Below are positions 9,700 to 19,809 of a DNA stretch of 64,000 nucleotides, in pieces. Source of the DNA: Chloroflexota bacterium (lineage in GTDB: Bacteria; Chloroflexota; UBA11872; VXNJ01); contig JAPOWW010000001.1 of NCBI GenBank assembly GCA_026707405.1, positions 192,136 to 256,135 on the forward strand, read 5' to 3'. How positions within the stretch are numbered: the stretch's first letter is position 1; each line of letters opens with the position of its first letter. The notes under the pieces were generated by a model that saw nothing but the letters and a program-made list of their open reading frames with translations, was not told the origin of the DNA and did no database searches. The translations under genes and the position numbers were made by a program.

Positions 9700-10413
9700 G
9701 TGTCTAGAAAGGGGAAGCGCTACAAAGGCGCCGTGGAGCTCATAGAGAAGGACAAGGCGTATTCGCCGGAAGAGGCGCTGGAGCTCTTGCCTGAGACCTC
9801 CATCACGAAATTCGACGCTTCGGTCGAGCTACACCTGAATCTGGGAGTCGATCCCACTCGTCAGGACCAGCAGGTGCGTGGCACCTTGACGCTCCCTCAT
9901 GGAACCGGCAAGACACAACGAGTGGTCGTATTCGCAGCCGGCGACAAAGCCAGCGAGGCGATGGAAGCGAACGCCGACGAAGTGGGCGCTGAGGACCTCG
10001 CGAAGAAGATTCAAGGCGGATGGCTGGAGTTCGACGCAGCTGTTGCGACGCCGGACATGATGCGCATCGTCGGCCCGTTGGGCCGCATTCTGGGACCGCG
10101 AGGTCTGATGCCGAATGCGCGGGCGGGCACGGTTACGCAAAACGTGAAGCAGGCCGTTACCGAGTTGAAGGCCGGCAGGGTTGAGTTCCGCGTCGACCGG
10201 ACTGGCAACGTGCACATGCTCATTGGACGCGCCTCGTTTGCGACCGAGCAGCTTCGCGAGAACCTTACTGCCGTGCTAGGCGCGATCGTCGCCGCAAGGC
10301 CGTCGGGCGCAAAAGGCACGTATGTAAGATCGGCTACACTGGCGTCGACTATGGGACCGGGTATCCCGCTGGACGTTCAGGAGTCTCTGGCCATGACCAG
10401 GTCTGTCAACTGA
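9700..10413 (+). CDS. rplA: 50S ribosomal protein L1 (GTG start)
   Basis: [25 protein letters not shown] is the canonical L1 N-terminus. Length is 237 aa. Confidence 0.9.
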   Translation: MSRKGKRYKGAVELIEKDKAYSPEEALELLPETSITKFDASVELHLNLGVDPTRQDQQVRGTLTLPHGTGKTQRVVVFAAGDKASEAMEANADEVGAEDLAKKIQGGWLEFDAAVATPDMMRIVGPLGRILGPRGLMPNARAGTVTQNVKQAVTELKAGRVEFRVDRTGNVHMLIGRASFATEQLRENLTAVLGAIVAARPSGAKGTYVRSATLASTMGPGIPLDVQESLAMTRSVN

Positions 10414-10568
10414 TCTCGTCACCCGGTCGCAGTCGTAAGTACGGAGAAGCCTAGACGGGAAAAGACGACACAACTCAAAACGATTACGCCGAAGACGACG
10501 GGTGCGCCTGAATTGCTTAAACCGATACAACCCGTCCAGGCGGGACTAGTGAAGGCCCGGCCTTCGCA

Positions 10569-10596
10569 CCGCGCGGCGTAACCGCGCGGTTTTTTT
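10569..10596 (+). terminator. L10-leader attenuator / intrinsic terminator hairpin between rplA and rplJ
   Basis: CCGCGCGG-cgtaa-CCGCGCGG forms a perfect 8-bp GC stem, followed directly by TTTTTTT, with the rplJ start 24 nt downstream. Confidence 0.7.
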
Positions 10597-10619
10597 GTTT
10601 CAAGCGAAGGAGGAGCTTA

Positions 10620-11150
10620 TTGGCAAGTAGAGCGGTAAAACGCGCGCAGGTCGAGGAGATGAAGACCCTGATGACCGACGCCCCTTTGTGGATGGTGAGC
10701 GATTTTCGGGGATTGGGGGTCGCGGATCTTCAGGCATTGCGGCGACGGATCAAGGAAAGCGGCGGCAATATTCGTATAGCCAAGAATTCGCTGGCACGTC
10801 GGGCCGCCGACGGCGTCGGCCTCGAACCCGCGAAAGCGCTATTTGAAGGTCCGTCGGCGATAACAGATTGTCGCGAGGATCTCGTCGGTCCCACCAAGGC
10901 GCTCTGGCAGAACTTCACTGCTGACGAACGCTGGGTGATTCGGGGCGGTGTTCTCAACGGAGAACTGATTTCGACGGACGAAGTGCGCCGAATCGCGTCG
11001 CTGCCGGGTAGGGATCAACTGCTTGCGCAGGCGGTTTGGGGGATCGAGTCGCCCATTTCGAGTTTGGTGCATAGCCTTGAGGGGATCATCGCGAGTTTTG
11101 TTTACGCCCTCCAGGGGCGGATCGATCAGCTTGAAGAGTCGGAAGCGTAG
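10620..11150 (+). CDS. rplJ: 50S ribosomal protein L10 (TTG start)
   Basis: The L10 fold signature, including NIRIAKNSLARRA, is present, and the gene sits upstream of rplL. Confidence 0.85.
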   Translation: MASRAVKRAQVEEMKTLMTDAPLWMVSDFRGLGVADLQALRRRIKESGGNIRIAKNSLARRAADGVGLEPAKALFEGPSAITDCREDLVGPTKALWQNFTADERWVIRGGVLNGELISTDEVRRIASLPGRDQLLAQAVWGIESPISSLVHSLEGIIASFVYALQGRIDQLEESEA

Positions 11151-11177
11151 GCTTCCTTAGGAATAGGAGTTTTACAG

Positions 11178-11579
11178 ATGGCCGCAAAAGGCACTGCAAC
11201 GGGGAGTTCGGTTGACAGCATTATCGAGACTATCGAATCGATGACCGTTCTTGAGCTGGCAGACCTCGTGGAAAAGCTCAAGGACAAATTCGGCGTCTCG
11301 GCAATGCCCGCGATGGTGGCGGCACCGGCCGACGCGAACGGAGCCGCGGCAGCGGAAGTCGAAGAGCAGACCGAATTCGACGTACATCTCGCCGAAGTCG
11401 GCCCCAACAAGATTCCGGTTATCAAGGTCGTGCGTAAGGCGACGGGTCTCGGACTTCGGGAAGCGAAGGCCGTCGTCGACGAGGCGCCTGGGCCGGTGAA
11501 GGAAGGTATTTCGAAGCAGGACGCCGAGGAGCTTGCCAAGCTTCTCGAAGCGGAGGGCGCCAAGATCGAAATCAAGTAG
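11178..11579 (+). CDS. rplL: 50S ribosomal protein L7/L12
   Basis: An Ala-rich hinge separates the N-terminal and C-terminal domains. The C-terminal domain [22 protein letters not shown]...EGAKIEIK is highly conserved. Confidence 0.9.
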   Translation: MAAKGTATGSSVDSIIETIESMTVLELADLVEKLKDKFGVSAMPAMVAAPADANGAAAAEVEEQTEFDVHLAEVGPNKIPVIKVVRKATGLGLREAKAVVDEAPGPVKEGISKQDAEELAKLLEAEGAKIEIK

Positions 11580-11799
11580 CCTGATCCATCCGCCGGACGG
11601 AGTGGCAGGTCTCCAGGCACTCGCGAAGGTCTTGCCGCCGCCGGCGACGGGCCGTAACTTTAATCTCGTATTTCGCGTTCTCTACAGTGATCTTGCAGGT
11701 CGAATCATGTGACCGTGCCCTGATAGGCTTTGCCCTCCGGGCTCGGCGTAGTTCGCGGGGAAAGCCGATTCAGACAGGACCGATGCCGATTCTCTTCGA

Positions 11800-13926
11800 G
11801 TGGGAGTAATGGCGGGCTTCGCTACTCGGTTCATTCCCGCTTTTGGTCGAGGCGCTTACGTGCGCTTGAGCGGTGTGCGACTCAAACCGAGAGTCGTGGT
11901 CACGCTGGCGGCTCTAGTGGCGCTGTTCCTGAGAACGTGGCAACTGCCGGAGCTCGGCGACTTCGATTTCGATGAGGTGGCGAGCGTTTGGTACGCGCGT
12001 CTGGTCGCCGTCGACCTTCTACAAGCCATTAGCACAGCGCCGTTCGAGCACCCGCCGCTCTACTATCTGACGCTTCATTACTGGACCAAACTCTTCGGCG
12101 AGCATGAGCCGCTCGTACGGCTGCTTTCGGTGCCCGCGGGGGTCGCGCTCGTGCCGGTGACCTATGCGCTGGGAGCGCGTCTTTTGGGCACGCGCTCGGG
12201 GATGGTCGCTTCGGTCATCGTCGCAACGTCCCCGACCCTCATCTTCTACAGCCGTGAGGCGAGGATGTATATCTTCGCCACGCTGTTCGGGTTTCTCGCC
12301 TTGTATCTGCTGATTCGCGCATTCGAGCGCGGGGGGATCCGCGCCTGGCTTGCGTACGGTCTTGTTTCGCTGGCCGGGGCGTTCCTGGACTACTCGGCGT
12401 TGATGGGGGTTCTAGCCGGGAATGTCTATCTGCTTTCAAATTGGAAGCGGAACAAGTGGGTCGTAGTGAGGCTGCTGGCGGCGCAGGCCGTAGTGATTGC
12501 GGCGCTCTTCAGCTGGATGCTCACCTCCCCGGGAGTGCAAGCGAGCGTGGGGGCGTTCGGAAAAGGGACGCTGACCTACGGCCTTATTAGCCATGCCGCG
12601 CACGAGGGCTGGTTGAATATGACCACCGGTATCGGCAACGTTCGGGGCGGGCGGGCTTCGGTTGGGATCGCCGTCTTGCTGGGAGGGACCGCGCTGGTCG
12701 GCTTCATCCTGGCCGCGTGGAGGCGGCGAGCCGGGTCCCTCCATGCATATGCGGTTCTTGCAGGGATCGGTCTCTTGATACTGCTGCTCTTCGGGCAGGA
12801 ATATCAACCGCGCTACTTGATGATGGGCATTCCCATCATCGCTCTCTTTGCCGGCTACGCCGTAACGCGGCTGAGGTTGCCCGATCTTGCGATTGCGGGT
12901 TTGGCAGCGGTTTTGTTCGCCGCAGGGCCGCTGTACGCCTCCAGGTTCTACTACCTGGGATACGAGCGCGGCGACTACCGAGCCATTACGTCGGCCATAA
13001 ACGAGCTATCGCTTCCAATGTCCGAATCTGAAAGACCTGGCAAATTTCGTGACGCGGTGGTTCTGGCCGGCCCCTGGCAAGGCTGGTTTTGGCGGCACTA
13101 CTACCCGGAATTTCTGGAAACAGTTGATGTTTGGCTGCTGCCGGATAAGGTGCCGCCCGCTGTGACCAAGGAAGAGGTCGAAGCGAAGCTGGGACGGGCC
13201 GCCGAGAGTCATAGGCGGGTGTGGGTAATTCTTAGCGCGCTGAATCAGTCGGACCCAAACGGTTATGTCGAGGACTGGCTCAATTCCCGTTTATGGAAGG
13301 CCCGCGACTCGGCCTACAGAAACGGAATGTTGTTGCTTTACATAACTAAAGCAAGCGACATGGTGATACGTGAGCAAGGTTTTATTGCCTTCGAGGGAGG
13401 GCCTGACGTGCTGTCGATCGAGTTTGCCGGTGCTCGGGAGGATCAGCCTCCCAAGGAAACCGGCAACGGGATCCGCTTTACCTTCCGGTTGTTCTCAAAC
13501 GGCCCGGCGGACCCCGATCTTGCTATCAGAGCCTGGCTGGAAGGTCCCGACGGCCGAATCTACGAACGCATCTTCCGACCACTGGCGCAAGACGCCCGAA
13601 AGCCACATCACTGGATCCCGGGTGAGCGGATAGTTGCCAAGACCGCGGTATGGATTCCCGCAGGCGCGCCGGCCGGGAATTATGAGGCGTATGCGAGCTT
13701 CATCCACGCTGACCGCGTGCCTATCGACCTGGACGGTAGATTGACAGGCGTTTATCAGAACGAGCCCGGGATCTTGCATCTGGGGCCGGCTGAGATCGTC
13801 CCGTCGTCCCGCGGCCTGCTCGATGACTCGGAGATATATGAGAAATTCGGCGCGCCGCTGCACGAGCGCACAATGGAGGACGTTGAGAGCCGCAGCATCT
13901 ATCACGGCTCGCTGCACGAACGCTAG
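11800..13926 (+). CDS. GT-C fold glycosyltransferase, family 39/83 (PMT/ArnT-like), with a large C-terminal extracytoplasmic domain
   Basis: Multiple N-terminal TM helices are present. The DE motif sits in the first loop (DFDFDEVASVWYA). A soluble domain of about 300 aa follows the last TM helix. Confidence 0.65.
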   Translation: MGVMAGFATRFIPAFGRGAYVRLSGVRLKPRVVVTLAALVALFLRTWQLPELGDFDFDEVASVWYARLVAVDLLQAISTAPFEHPPLYYLTLHYWTKLFGEHEPLVRLLSVPAGVALVPVTYALGARLLGTRSGMVASVIVATSPTLIFYSREARMYIFATLFGFLALYLLIRAFERGGIRAWLAYGLVSLAGAFLDYSALMGVLAGNVYLLSNWKRNKWVVVRLLAAQAVVIAALFSWMLTSPGVQASVGAFGKGTLTYGLISHAAHEGWLNMTTGIGNVRGGRASVGIAVLLGGTALVGFILAAWRRRAGSLHAYAVLAGIGLLILLLFGQEYQPRYLMMGIPIIALFAGYAVTRLRLPDLAIAGLAAVLFAAGPLYASRFYYLGYERGDYRAITSAINELSLPMSESERPGKFRDAVVLAGPWQGWFWRHYYPEFLETVDVWLLPDKVPPAVTKEEVEAKLGRAAESHRRVWVILSALNQSDPNGYVEDWLNSRLWKARDSAYRNGMLLLYITKASDMVIREQGFIAFEGGPDVLSIEFAGAREDQPPKETGNGIRFTFRLFSNGPADPDLAIRAWLEGPDGRIYERIFRPLAQDARKPHHWIPGERIVAKTAVWIPAGAPAGNYEAYASFIHADRVPIDLDGRLTGVYQNEPGILHLGPAEIVPSSRGLLDDSEIYEKFGAPLHERTMEDVESRSIYHGSLHER

Positions 13927-15491
13927 CGGGAACCAGTCCGGATAGCCTGGTACGCCGAGACCAGTTCTCCGCGGCTGACGCCGCCGGTGGCAAACGTAAC
14001 CGCCGCGTAGGCGACACCACCGGCGACGGCTCCTGCGAACCAGCCGAACGAGCCAACCGGGATCGCGATTCCCGCCATCACGGCCGCTGCGAACGCGGGC
14101 TTCAGCAGCGGGCCGGGCACTCTCCCCAGGAGACCTCTTCCGCGCAGAGCCGCACCGTAGAGAATCAGGAGAGCAATTTCAGCGATAACCGTGGCGTAGG
14201 CGGCGGCGACTATGCCGAATACAGGCAGCAACGTGAGGTTTAGCGCCAGATTCAACGCGGTCGCCACAACGAACGAGGTCGCGATAGTGCGAAGCCTATC
14301 GATTGAAATGAGCACCTGCTGAAACATGGCGTTAAGCAAAGCAAATGGCAGGAACCAAATGAATGTCCGCAGCACGTCGCCGCCTTCCGGCAGAAACTGC
14401 TCTCCCCAGAAGCTGCGTACGATGCCGTCCGCGAATACCGTAAAGACAACCACGATGGGCAGTCCGATGAGTACGAGGAATCTCCACGCTCGTACGAACC
14501 ACCGTCCAAGCTCTTCCGGGTTCGACGCGGCGCGAACCAGCGCCGGAAACAAAGGGAGCGCAACGGCGACCGGTATAACTGTGAGCGCGGCGATGAATTT
14601 GTACGAGGCATTGTATTTCCCGACCATCTCGGTGCCTTGCAGCGATTGAATTACGAGTATGTCGATCTGGAAAAAGACGTTTGCCAGCAACTCATTGAGC
14701 ATTAACGGGGTCGCGCTGCGGGCCATTTCACCCAACTCCCGGCGGGCGGCCAGCTTATACGTGCCGAGCAGCTTGTAGCCGAGCGGGCGCGCGAGCGTCG
14801 CAAACGTCAAGACGCCACCGGCTATCGCGACCGCGCCGAGCCCAATCAAACCTGCGCCTATTAACAGCGCCAGCACTCCGGCTCCAACGGTAAACAGCGC
14901 GGTCCCTATCGCGACCGCGCCGCGAAAGTCGGCGCGCTCGAACCCCGCATACACCGCCGCGTAGGCCTGGTTTATCGAGCTGGGTATCAGAGAGATTGCG
15001 ATCAGGATAGTCACCACGACCGTGACGTCGGAAATCGAATCCCCGACACGGTACGCAACCGCCAGGAGAACCATCACGGGCGCGCCCGCCAGCAGAACCA
15101 GGAGCCTCAAGACAAGCGCGTTGCCAAAGATGGTGAGGAGGTCCTCCCGTCTTCGGGCGACCTCCCGCGAGACCAGCGTGGATAGCCCAAAGTTCGTGAC
15201 CGCGGCGAAGTAGACGAACAGATTCGTGGCGAAGGCGTACTCGCCGTTTCCGGTCGGACCGAGGATTCGCAGCGCGACGATCCAAAACCCCCAGAACAAC
15301 GCCCGTTCCGCTATTCCCGAGACGAACAGGATGGCTGTATTGCGGGCCGAACGCTGGGCCACTGAGAAGTCGGAGAGGCTTGGATGAATGTCCAGACGCC
15401 TTCCGGACAGCCACGCCATGTAGACAACACTGAATACCGTGGCGGCGGCGGCGATTATGCCGGCTGCGATCCGAGCTGCCTCCGGCAACAT
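13923..15491 (-). CDS. Polysaccharide biosynthesis protein / Wzx-type oligosaccharide flippase (MOP superfamily)
   Basis: 522 aa with about 14 predicted TM helices and the typical Wzx N-terminal region. It is translationally coupled tail-to-tail with the GT39 gene by a 4-bp overlap. Confidence 0.65.
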   Translation of the reverse strand: MLPEAARIAAGIIAAAATVFSVVYMAWLSGRRLDIHPSLSDFSVAQRSARNTAILFVSGIAERALFWGFWIVALRILGPTGNGEYAFATNLFVYFAAVTNFGLSTLVSREVARRREDLLTIFGNALVLRLLVLLAGAPVMVLLAVAYRVGDSISDVTVVVTILIAISLIPSSINQAYAAVYAGFERADFRGAVAIGTALFTVGAGVLALLIGAGLIGLGAVAIAGGVLTFATLARPLGYKLLGTYKLAARRELGEMARSATPLMLNELLANVFFQIDILVIQSLQGTEMVGKYNASYKFIAALTVIPVAVALPLFPALVRAASNPEELGRWFVRAWRFLVLIGLPIVVVFTVFADGIVRSFWGEQFLPEGGDVLRTFIWFLPFALLNAMFQQVLISIDRLRTIATSFVVATALNLALNLTLLPVFGIVAAAYATVIAEIALLILYGAALRGRGLLGRVPGPLLKPAFAAAVMAGIAIPVGSFGWFAGAVAGGVAYAAVTFATGGVSRGELVSAYQAIRTGSR

Positions 15492-15541
15492 TGGTCAGAT
15501 GGTGTGCGGCGGCACGCAGATTAGCGAGTCAAAGCAGAGGG

Positions 15542-16531
15542 CTAACCCGTGGGTATAGCCATTTCCGCTACGTCGACGATTGGGGCGAAGACGGGATGGC
15601 TGAGGTACCTTTCACCGGTGTCGGGAAGAATGGCGACGATCAGCTTGCCTTCGTTCTCGGGACGGCTCCCGACTTCGACGGCCGCGGCGACAGCCGCTCC
15701 CGCCGATACGCCAACGAAGAGTCCATCTTTTTCGGCAAGTTCGCGGGCCATGGCCTCGGATCTGTCGTCGGAAATCGGCAGGATCTCATCGAGAATGTCT
15801 ACGTCCAGAACTCCGGGAACGAAGCCCGCGCCGATTCCCTGGATGCGATGCGGGCCTGCTTGCTCACCGGATAGCACGGCGCTGCCTTGCGGTTCGACGC
15901 CCACCACTTTGACGGTGGACTTCCTCTCTTTGAGGACCCGTCCACACCCGGTCGCCGTGCCGCCAGTGCCGATGCCCGCCACCAGAATGTCGATTTCCCC
16001 GTTGGTGTCGTCCCAGAGTTCGAGGGCGGTCGTTTGCTGGTGCACCTTTGGGTTGGCCGGGTTCTCAAACTGCTGCGGAATCCAGGCGTTCGGGATCTGG
16101 TCCCGCAACTGCTCCGCCTTTGTTATTGAACCGTTCATCCCGGCCGGACCCGGCGTCAGAACGACTTCAGCGCCAAGGAGCATCAGGAGCTTGCGCCGTT
16201 CGAGGCTCATCGTTTCCGGCATCGTGAGAACGCAACGGTATCCGCGGGCCGCGCATATCATGGCGAGCGCGATGCCGGTATTTCCGCTGGTCGGTTCAAC
16301 GACTACGGTCTTGCCGCGCTGGATCAGCCCGCGTTCCTCCGCGTCGCGGATCATTGCCAGTCCGATGCGGTCCTTGACGCTGCCGCCGGGATTAAAGGCT
16401 TCGACTTTGCCGACTATGATCGACTTGCAGCCTTCGGCCGGACTGTTTATCCGTACCAAAGGAGTGTTGCCGATCAAGCCCGTAACGTCTTCGGCTATCT
16501 CCGGCAAGTCTTTTCCTTTGATCCTTGCCAT
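15542..16531 (-). CDS. cysK: Cysteine synthase A (O-acetylserine sulfhydrylase)
   Basis: LIGNTPLV is present, the PLP lysine is in [13 protein letters not shown], and the TSGNTG loop is present. Confidence 0.9.
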   Translation of the reverse strand: MARIKGKDLPEIAEDVTGLIGNTPLVRINSPAEGCKSIIVGKVEAFNPGGSVKDRIGLAMIRDAEERGLIQRGKTVVVEPTSGNTGIALAMICAARGYRCVLTMPETMSLERRKLLMLLGAEVVLTPGPAGMNGSITKAEQLRDQIPNAWIPQQFENPANPKVHQQTTALELWDDTNGEIDILVAGIGTGGTATGCGRVLKERKSTVKVVGVEPQGSAVLSGEQAGPHRIQGIGAGFVPGVLDVDILDEILPISDDRSEAMARELAEKDGLFVGVSAGAAVAAAVEVGSRPENEGKLIVAILPDTGERYLSHPVFAPIVDVAEMAIPTG

Positions 16532-16770
16532 TGTTCCTCACTTTGATTTTGACCGAGCCGGGCGCGGGTTATCGTGAGTTCGGCCGCAGCCTGAGTCGTA
16601 AGGCGGGAGTAAGTATTCCTACAACACTCAGCATAGCCTGACTGCTGCGACAATCCGTCGCGGGAGCGGGTCCGAAGTCCGAATTCGAGTGACGGTCTTG
16701 CGACGAACCGGCGGCCTGTAAGTCGTCGAGGCAGTGCGACTCGCACCGCTCCGCCGTCGAAGCCCCTGGA

Positions 16771-17928
16771 CTAGCGAATAGTTATAGGCACGCCCGAGTC
16801 GGCGAAGTTCCACATCCACTTGGAGTCCCACAATGTCATGTTTACGCATCCGTGGCTCATCTCGGTGCCGAAGTTGTTGTGCCAGTATGCGTAATGCAGA
16901 GCGTGCCCTCGCCACGTGAAGTACTGGGTGAAGTAGACGTTGGAAAGGTCGTAATAGTCATCGGTCCCGAACTCGCCCCCGATCATCCGCTCGTTTTCCA
17001 CGCGGCGGAGGATTGGGAAGATCCCAGTCGGCGTTGGCGTTAGCTCGCGGCCGGTCGACACCAGTACGTCGTAGACGCGCTTGTCTCCTTGAAACGCGGC
17101 GAGCCGTTGACGCGAAAGGTCGATCTCGATCCTGCGATCCTGGACCCTACCGATTGGAACCGGATTGCTAATACCGTCGAACAGCAACGCGCCAGGGTGC
17201 ATTGGGACCCGGCGAGTATCGAGCTTCAGCTCGTCGGCCATCCACTTGCCCAGGGGCGAGATGCTGACGTCATCGTTGTCGCTCAGTTCCAACCGGGTGT
17301 TTTGATACCACTGAACCCGCGTTCCGGAATCCTGCACGAGATGGGAAATTGGATACCCAAACACAAACACGCCGCCACCGTCCAGGAATGTTTGCCAGAG
17401 CTGAGTATGCGTTCCGAATTTCGTCTGCCAGAACCAGTAGCTCGCGGACGAGTCGCCGCGGCGCGGGTTTCCGGAGCCCATGAAGCGTGCAGCCAACGTA
17501 GATCCGACGGGCAGGATATTGACCTTACCAGGGAGTGGAGGGGTCAGCCAGTACTCCAGATCACGGTAAAGCACACCATTTCGAAACGCCTGATACTCGA
17601 TGAAACGTTTTGTGGTGGGCTCCGAAACTGGCGGGCCCAGTGTGACCATGCCTCCCGTCCGTCCCCACATGCGGAGGTATTCTCCGGAGAGGTGGTGACC
17701 GGTCTCAGGAAAGTACAGCATCCGGTCGTTGGTTGGATCACTTGCATTGGCGTCAAAATAGAGTGCGGTGGCGCCTGCCGTTGCCGGAGCCGCAACGGCG
17801 GAAGCAGCGAACAACCCGCTCGCCATGAGAAGTCGCCGGCGGGAAATGGGATTTGGAAATCTACTGTTCAAGGGAGGGAGGTCCTCCTTAGCTAACGAGC
17901 TGAACTCGTTCTGACTCAGACTACGCAA
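16771..17928 (-). CDS. L,D-transpeptidase (YkuD domain) with Tat-type signal peptide
   Basis: N-terminal SRRRLLMASGLFAASAVAAPA resembles a Tat signal. The C-terminal YkuD catalytic motif SHGCVNM is present. Confidence 0.8.
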   Translation of the reverse strand: MRSLSQNEFSSLAKEDLPPLNSRFPNPISRRRLLMASGLFAASAVAAPATAGATALYFDANASDPTNDRMLYFPETGHHLSGEYLRMWGRTGGMVTLGPPVSEPTTKRFIEYQAFRNGVLYRDLEYWLTPPLPGKVNILPVGSTLAARFMGSGNPRRGDSSASYWFWQTKFGTHTQLWQTFLDGGGVFVFGYPISHLVQDSGTRVQWYQNTRLELSDNDDVSISPLGKWMADELKLDTRRVPMHPGALLFDGISNPVPIGRVQDRRIEIDLSRQRLAAFQGDKRVYDVLVSTGRELTPTPTGIFPILRRVENERMIGGEFGTDDYYDLSNVYFTQYFTWRGHALHYAYWHNNFGTEMSHGCVNMTLWDSKWMWNFADSGVPITIR

Positions 17929-18111
17929 GCCTCCCTCGCGGCTATTCTAATAGACACTATATGTGATGCGAAAGGGAGGGATTGCGGGAGAATCTGGATT
18001 CCCTTCCCGAGGAACATTGCCGGTTGAGCGCGGCGCGTCGCCGTCGTTGGCTGCTAGGTCCAATTGGAAGGGTGTGACAAGTGATCGGACAAGAGACATG
18101 CAGGTAGGGAA

Positions 18112-18981
18112 ATGACGGCAACGCTGTTGCTAGGGGCGGGCTCGATCTGGTACCACGCCGATCACATCGATCCCGGCAGCGGATTCACGGCTTGGAATCT
18201 GGATCCCATTTTGCTGGGTGCGGTGATCCTGGGCGTAGGTTTGTACCTGTACGTCATTGGACCCTATCGAGAACGCCGCCGGCTGGGGGCGCCGTTATCC
18301 GGGTACCGGATCATCGCCTTCACGAGCGGGGTGTTCGTGATTTTCCTCGCACTGGCCTCGCCGATCGACTCGATTGGGGAGCATTATCTTTTTAGCATTC
18401 ACATGGTCCAGCATCTGGTGCTGATGTTCGTCGCGGCGCCGCTGGTCGTGATGGGAACTCCACCCTGGGCTATAAGGCTATTTCCCTATAGCAGCGCTAT
18501 CCACTCGGTGACTCGATTCTTGACGCTGCCGATGGTGGCGTTTCTGGCCTCATCGGGGGTCTTCCTCATCTGGCATGTACCGCTGTTTTACGAATCCGCG
18601 CTAGAGATCAAGCTAATCCATGATTTTGAGCATCTGACCATCCTGGGCGTGGGAATGCTCATGTGGTGGCCGGCGTTGAGCCCGGTCAGGGCGCTGCCGT
18701 CTCTGTCGGCGCCAGCGCAGCTACTCTATTTCTTCGTTCTGCCAATCCCGACTTCCATTGTTGGCGCCCTGATCACCTTTATGGACGAACCGCTCTACTC
18801 CGCTTACGTGGAAGCTCCGCGACTCTGGGGGCTTTCGGCGCTTGTAGATCAGGAGATGGCGGGACTGCTCATGTGGGTACCTGGCAAGCTGGTTTTCTGG
18901 GCGGCCATGGCCGTGGCCTTTTTCCGGTGGTTTAGCGATGCGGACGCGCCGGATTCGCCGCGTTTGCGCCGAAACCTCTAG
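18112..18981 (+). CDS. ctaG: Caa3-type cytochrome oxidase assembly factor CtaG-like integral membrane protein
   Basis: About 7 TM helices, with the conserved HMVQH and LLMWVP motifs typical of PF09678-like proteins. This is a family-level call. Confidence 0.5.
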   Translation: MTATLLLGAGSIWYHADHIDPGSGFTAWNLDPILLGAVILGVGLYLYVIGPYRERRRLGAPLSGYRIIAFTSGVFVIFLALASPIDSIGEHYLFSIHMVQHLVLMFVAAPLVVMGTPPWAIRLFPYSSAIHSVTRFLTLPMVAFLASSGVFLIWHVPLFYESALEIKLIHDFEHLTILGVGMLMWWPALSPVRALPSLSAPAQLLYFFVLPIPTSIVGALITFMDEPLYSAYVEAPRLWGLSALVDQEMAGLLMWVPGKLVFWAAMAVAFFRWFSDADAPDSPRLRRNL

Positions 18982-19763
18982 ACGGCCGTCCAGCCGCCGT
19001 CCACGACGAGCGTGTGGCCCGTAATCAGATCGGAGGCCGATGAGGCGAGAAATACCGCAACACTCGCCACTTCCTCCGGAACGCCCAGCCGACCGATTGG
19101 CATCTTCGGCAGCATTTCGGCAAGAAAAGCCCTCGAATTTACGCGCTCGGAGTTGAAGTCCGTCTCGACGTGAGTCGGAGCTATAGCGTTGACTTGAATC
19201 CCATGGGGGGCCCATTCGGCCGCCAGGGCGCGCGTTAGCTGCTCTACACCGCCCTTAGCTGAACAGTAGGCTGCTCTGCCGGGATAGCCGACCGAGCCGA
19301 ACTGGGACGACATATTGATGATCTTGCCGGCGCCGGCTTCCACCATTACCTCCGCCGCAGCCTGGCATCCGTAGAACGCGCTGGTCAGGTTTCCGTCGAT
19401 GAGCGCGCGCCACTCGTCGGGCTGCACCTCAAGCGACGGCTTGCCAGCTAGCGGAATACCGGCGTTGTTGATCATGACGTCCAGCCGGCCAAACTCGCGC
19501 ACGGCCGCGCCGACGAGGCTCCGGCACTGCTTTCTATCGGTCATGTCGGTGGTAATCGCGATGGCCCGTCCGCCCGCAGAGTTGATCTTATTGGCCAGGT
19601 CGAGAATCGCCTTAGTCGTTCGCGCGGCTAGCGCAACCGAAGCTCCCGCCTGGGCGCAGGCTAGCGCTATAGCCTCACCCAGTCCTCGGCTGGCACCCGT
19701 GACGACGACGACCCGATCCTCCAGGGAATAGGAGAGCTTTTCGCGGTTGAGGCCGAAATCCAT
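18978..19763 (-). CDS. SDR-family oxidoreductase (3-oxoacyl-ACP reductase-like). The longest ORF extends to 19913, but the likely start is the internal ATG at 19763.
   Basis: TGASRGLG is the Rossmann motif. The first 50 aa of the longest ORF are Arg/Ser/His-rich and non-protein-like. A start at 19763 avoids overlap with murJ. Confidence 0.75.
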   Translation of the reverse strand: MDFGLNREKLSYSLEDRVVVVTGASRGLGEAIALACAQAGASVALAARTTKAILDLANKINSAGGRAIAITTDMTDRKQCRSLVGAAVREFGRLDVMINNAGIPLAGKPSLEVQPDEWRALIDGNLTSAFYGCQAAAEVMVEAGAGKIINMSSQFGSVGYPGRAAYCSAKGGVEQLTRALAAEWAPHGIQVNAIAPTHVETDFNSERVNSRAFLAEMLPKMPIGRLGVPEEVASVAVFLASSASDLITGHTLVVDGGWTAV

Positions 19764-19809
19764 GATGTCAGATTCTAAGGTCTCTTCACGTACCCGAATG
19801 TCGGTAAGA

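Noticed and set aside
15549-16577. 342-aa plus-strand ORF
   Set aside because: It is antisense to cysK, which has unmistakable motifs. It is a Ser/Pro/Arg/Thr-rich shadow frame.
17089-17895. 268-aa plus-strand ORF
   Set aside because: It is fully antisense to the well-supported L,D-transpeptidase gene. Its composition is Arg/Gly/Ala-rich and typical of a high-GC shadow ORF.
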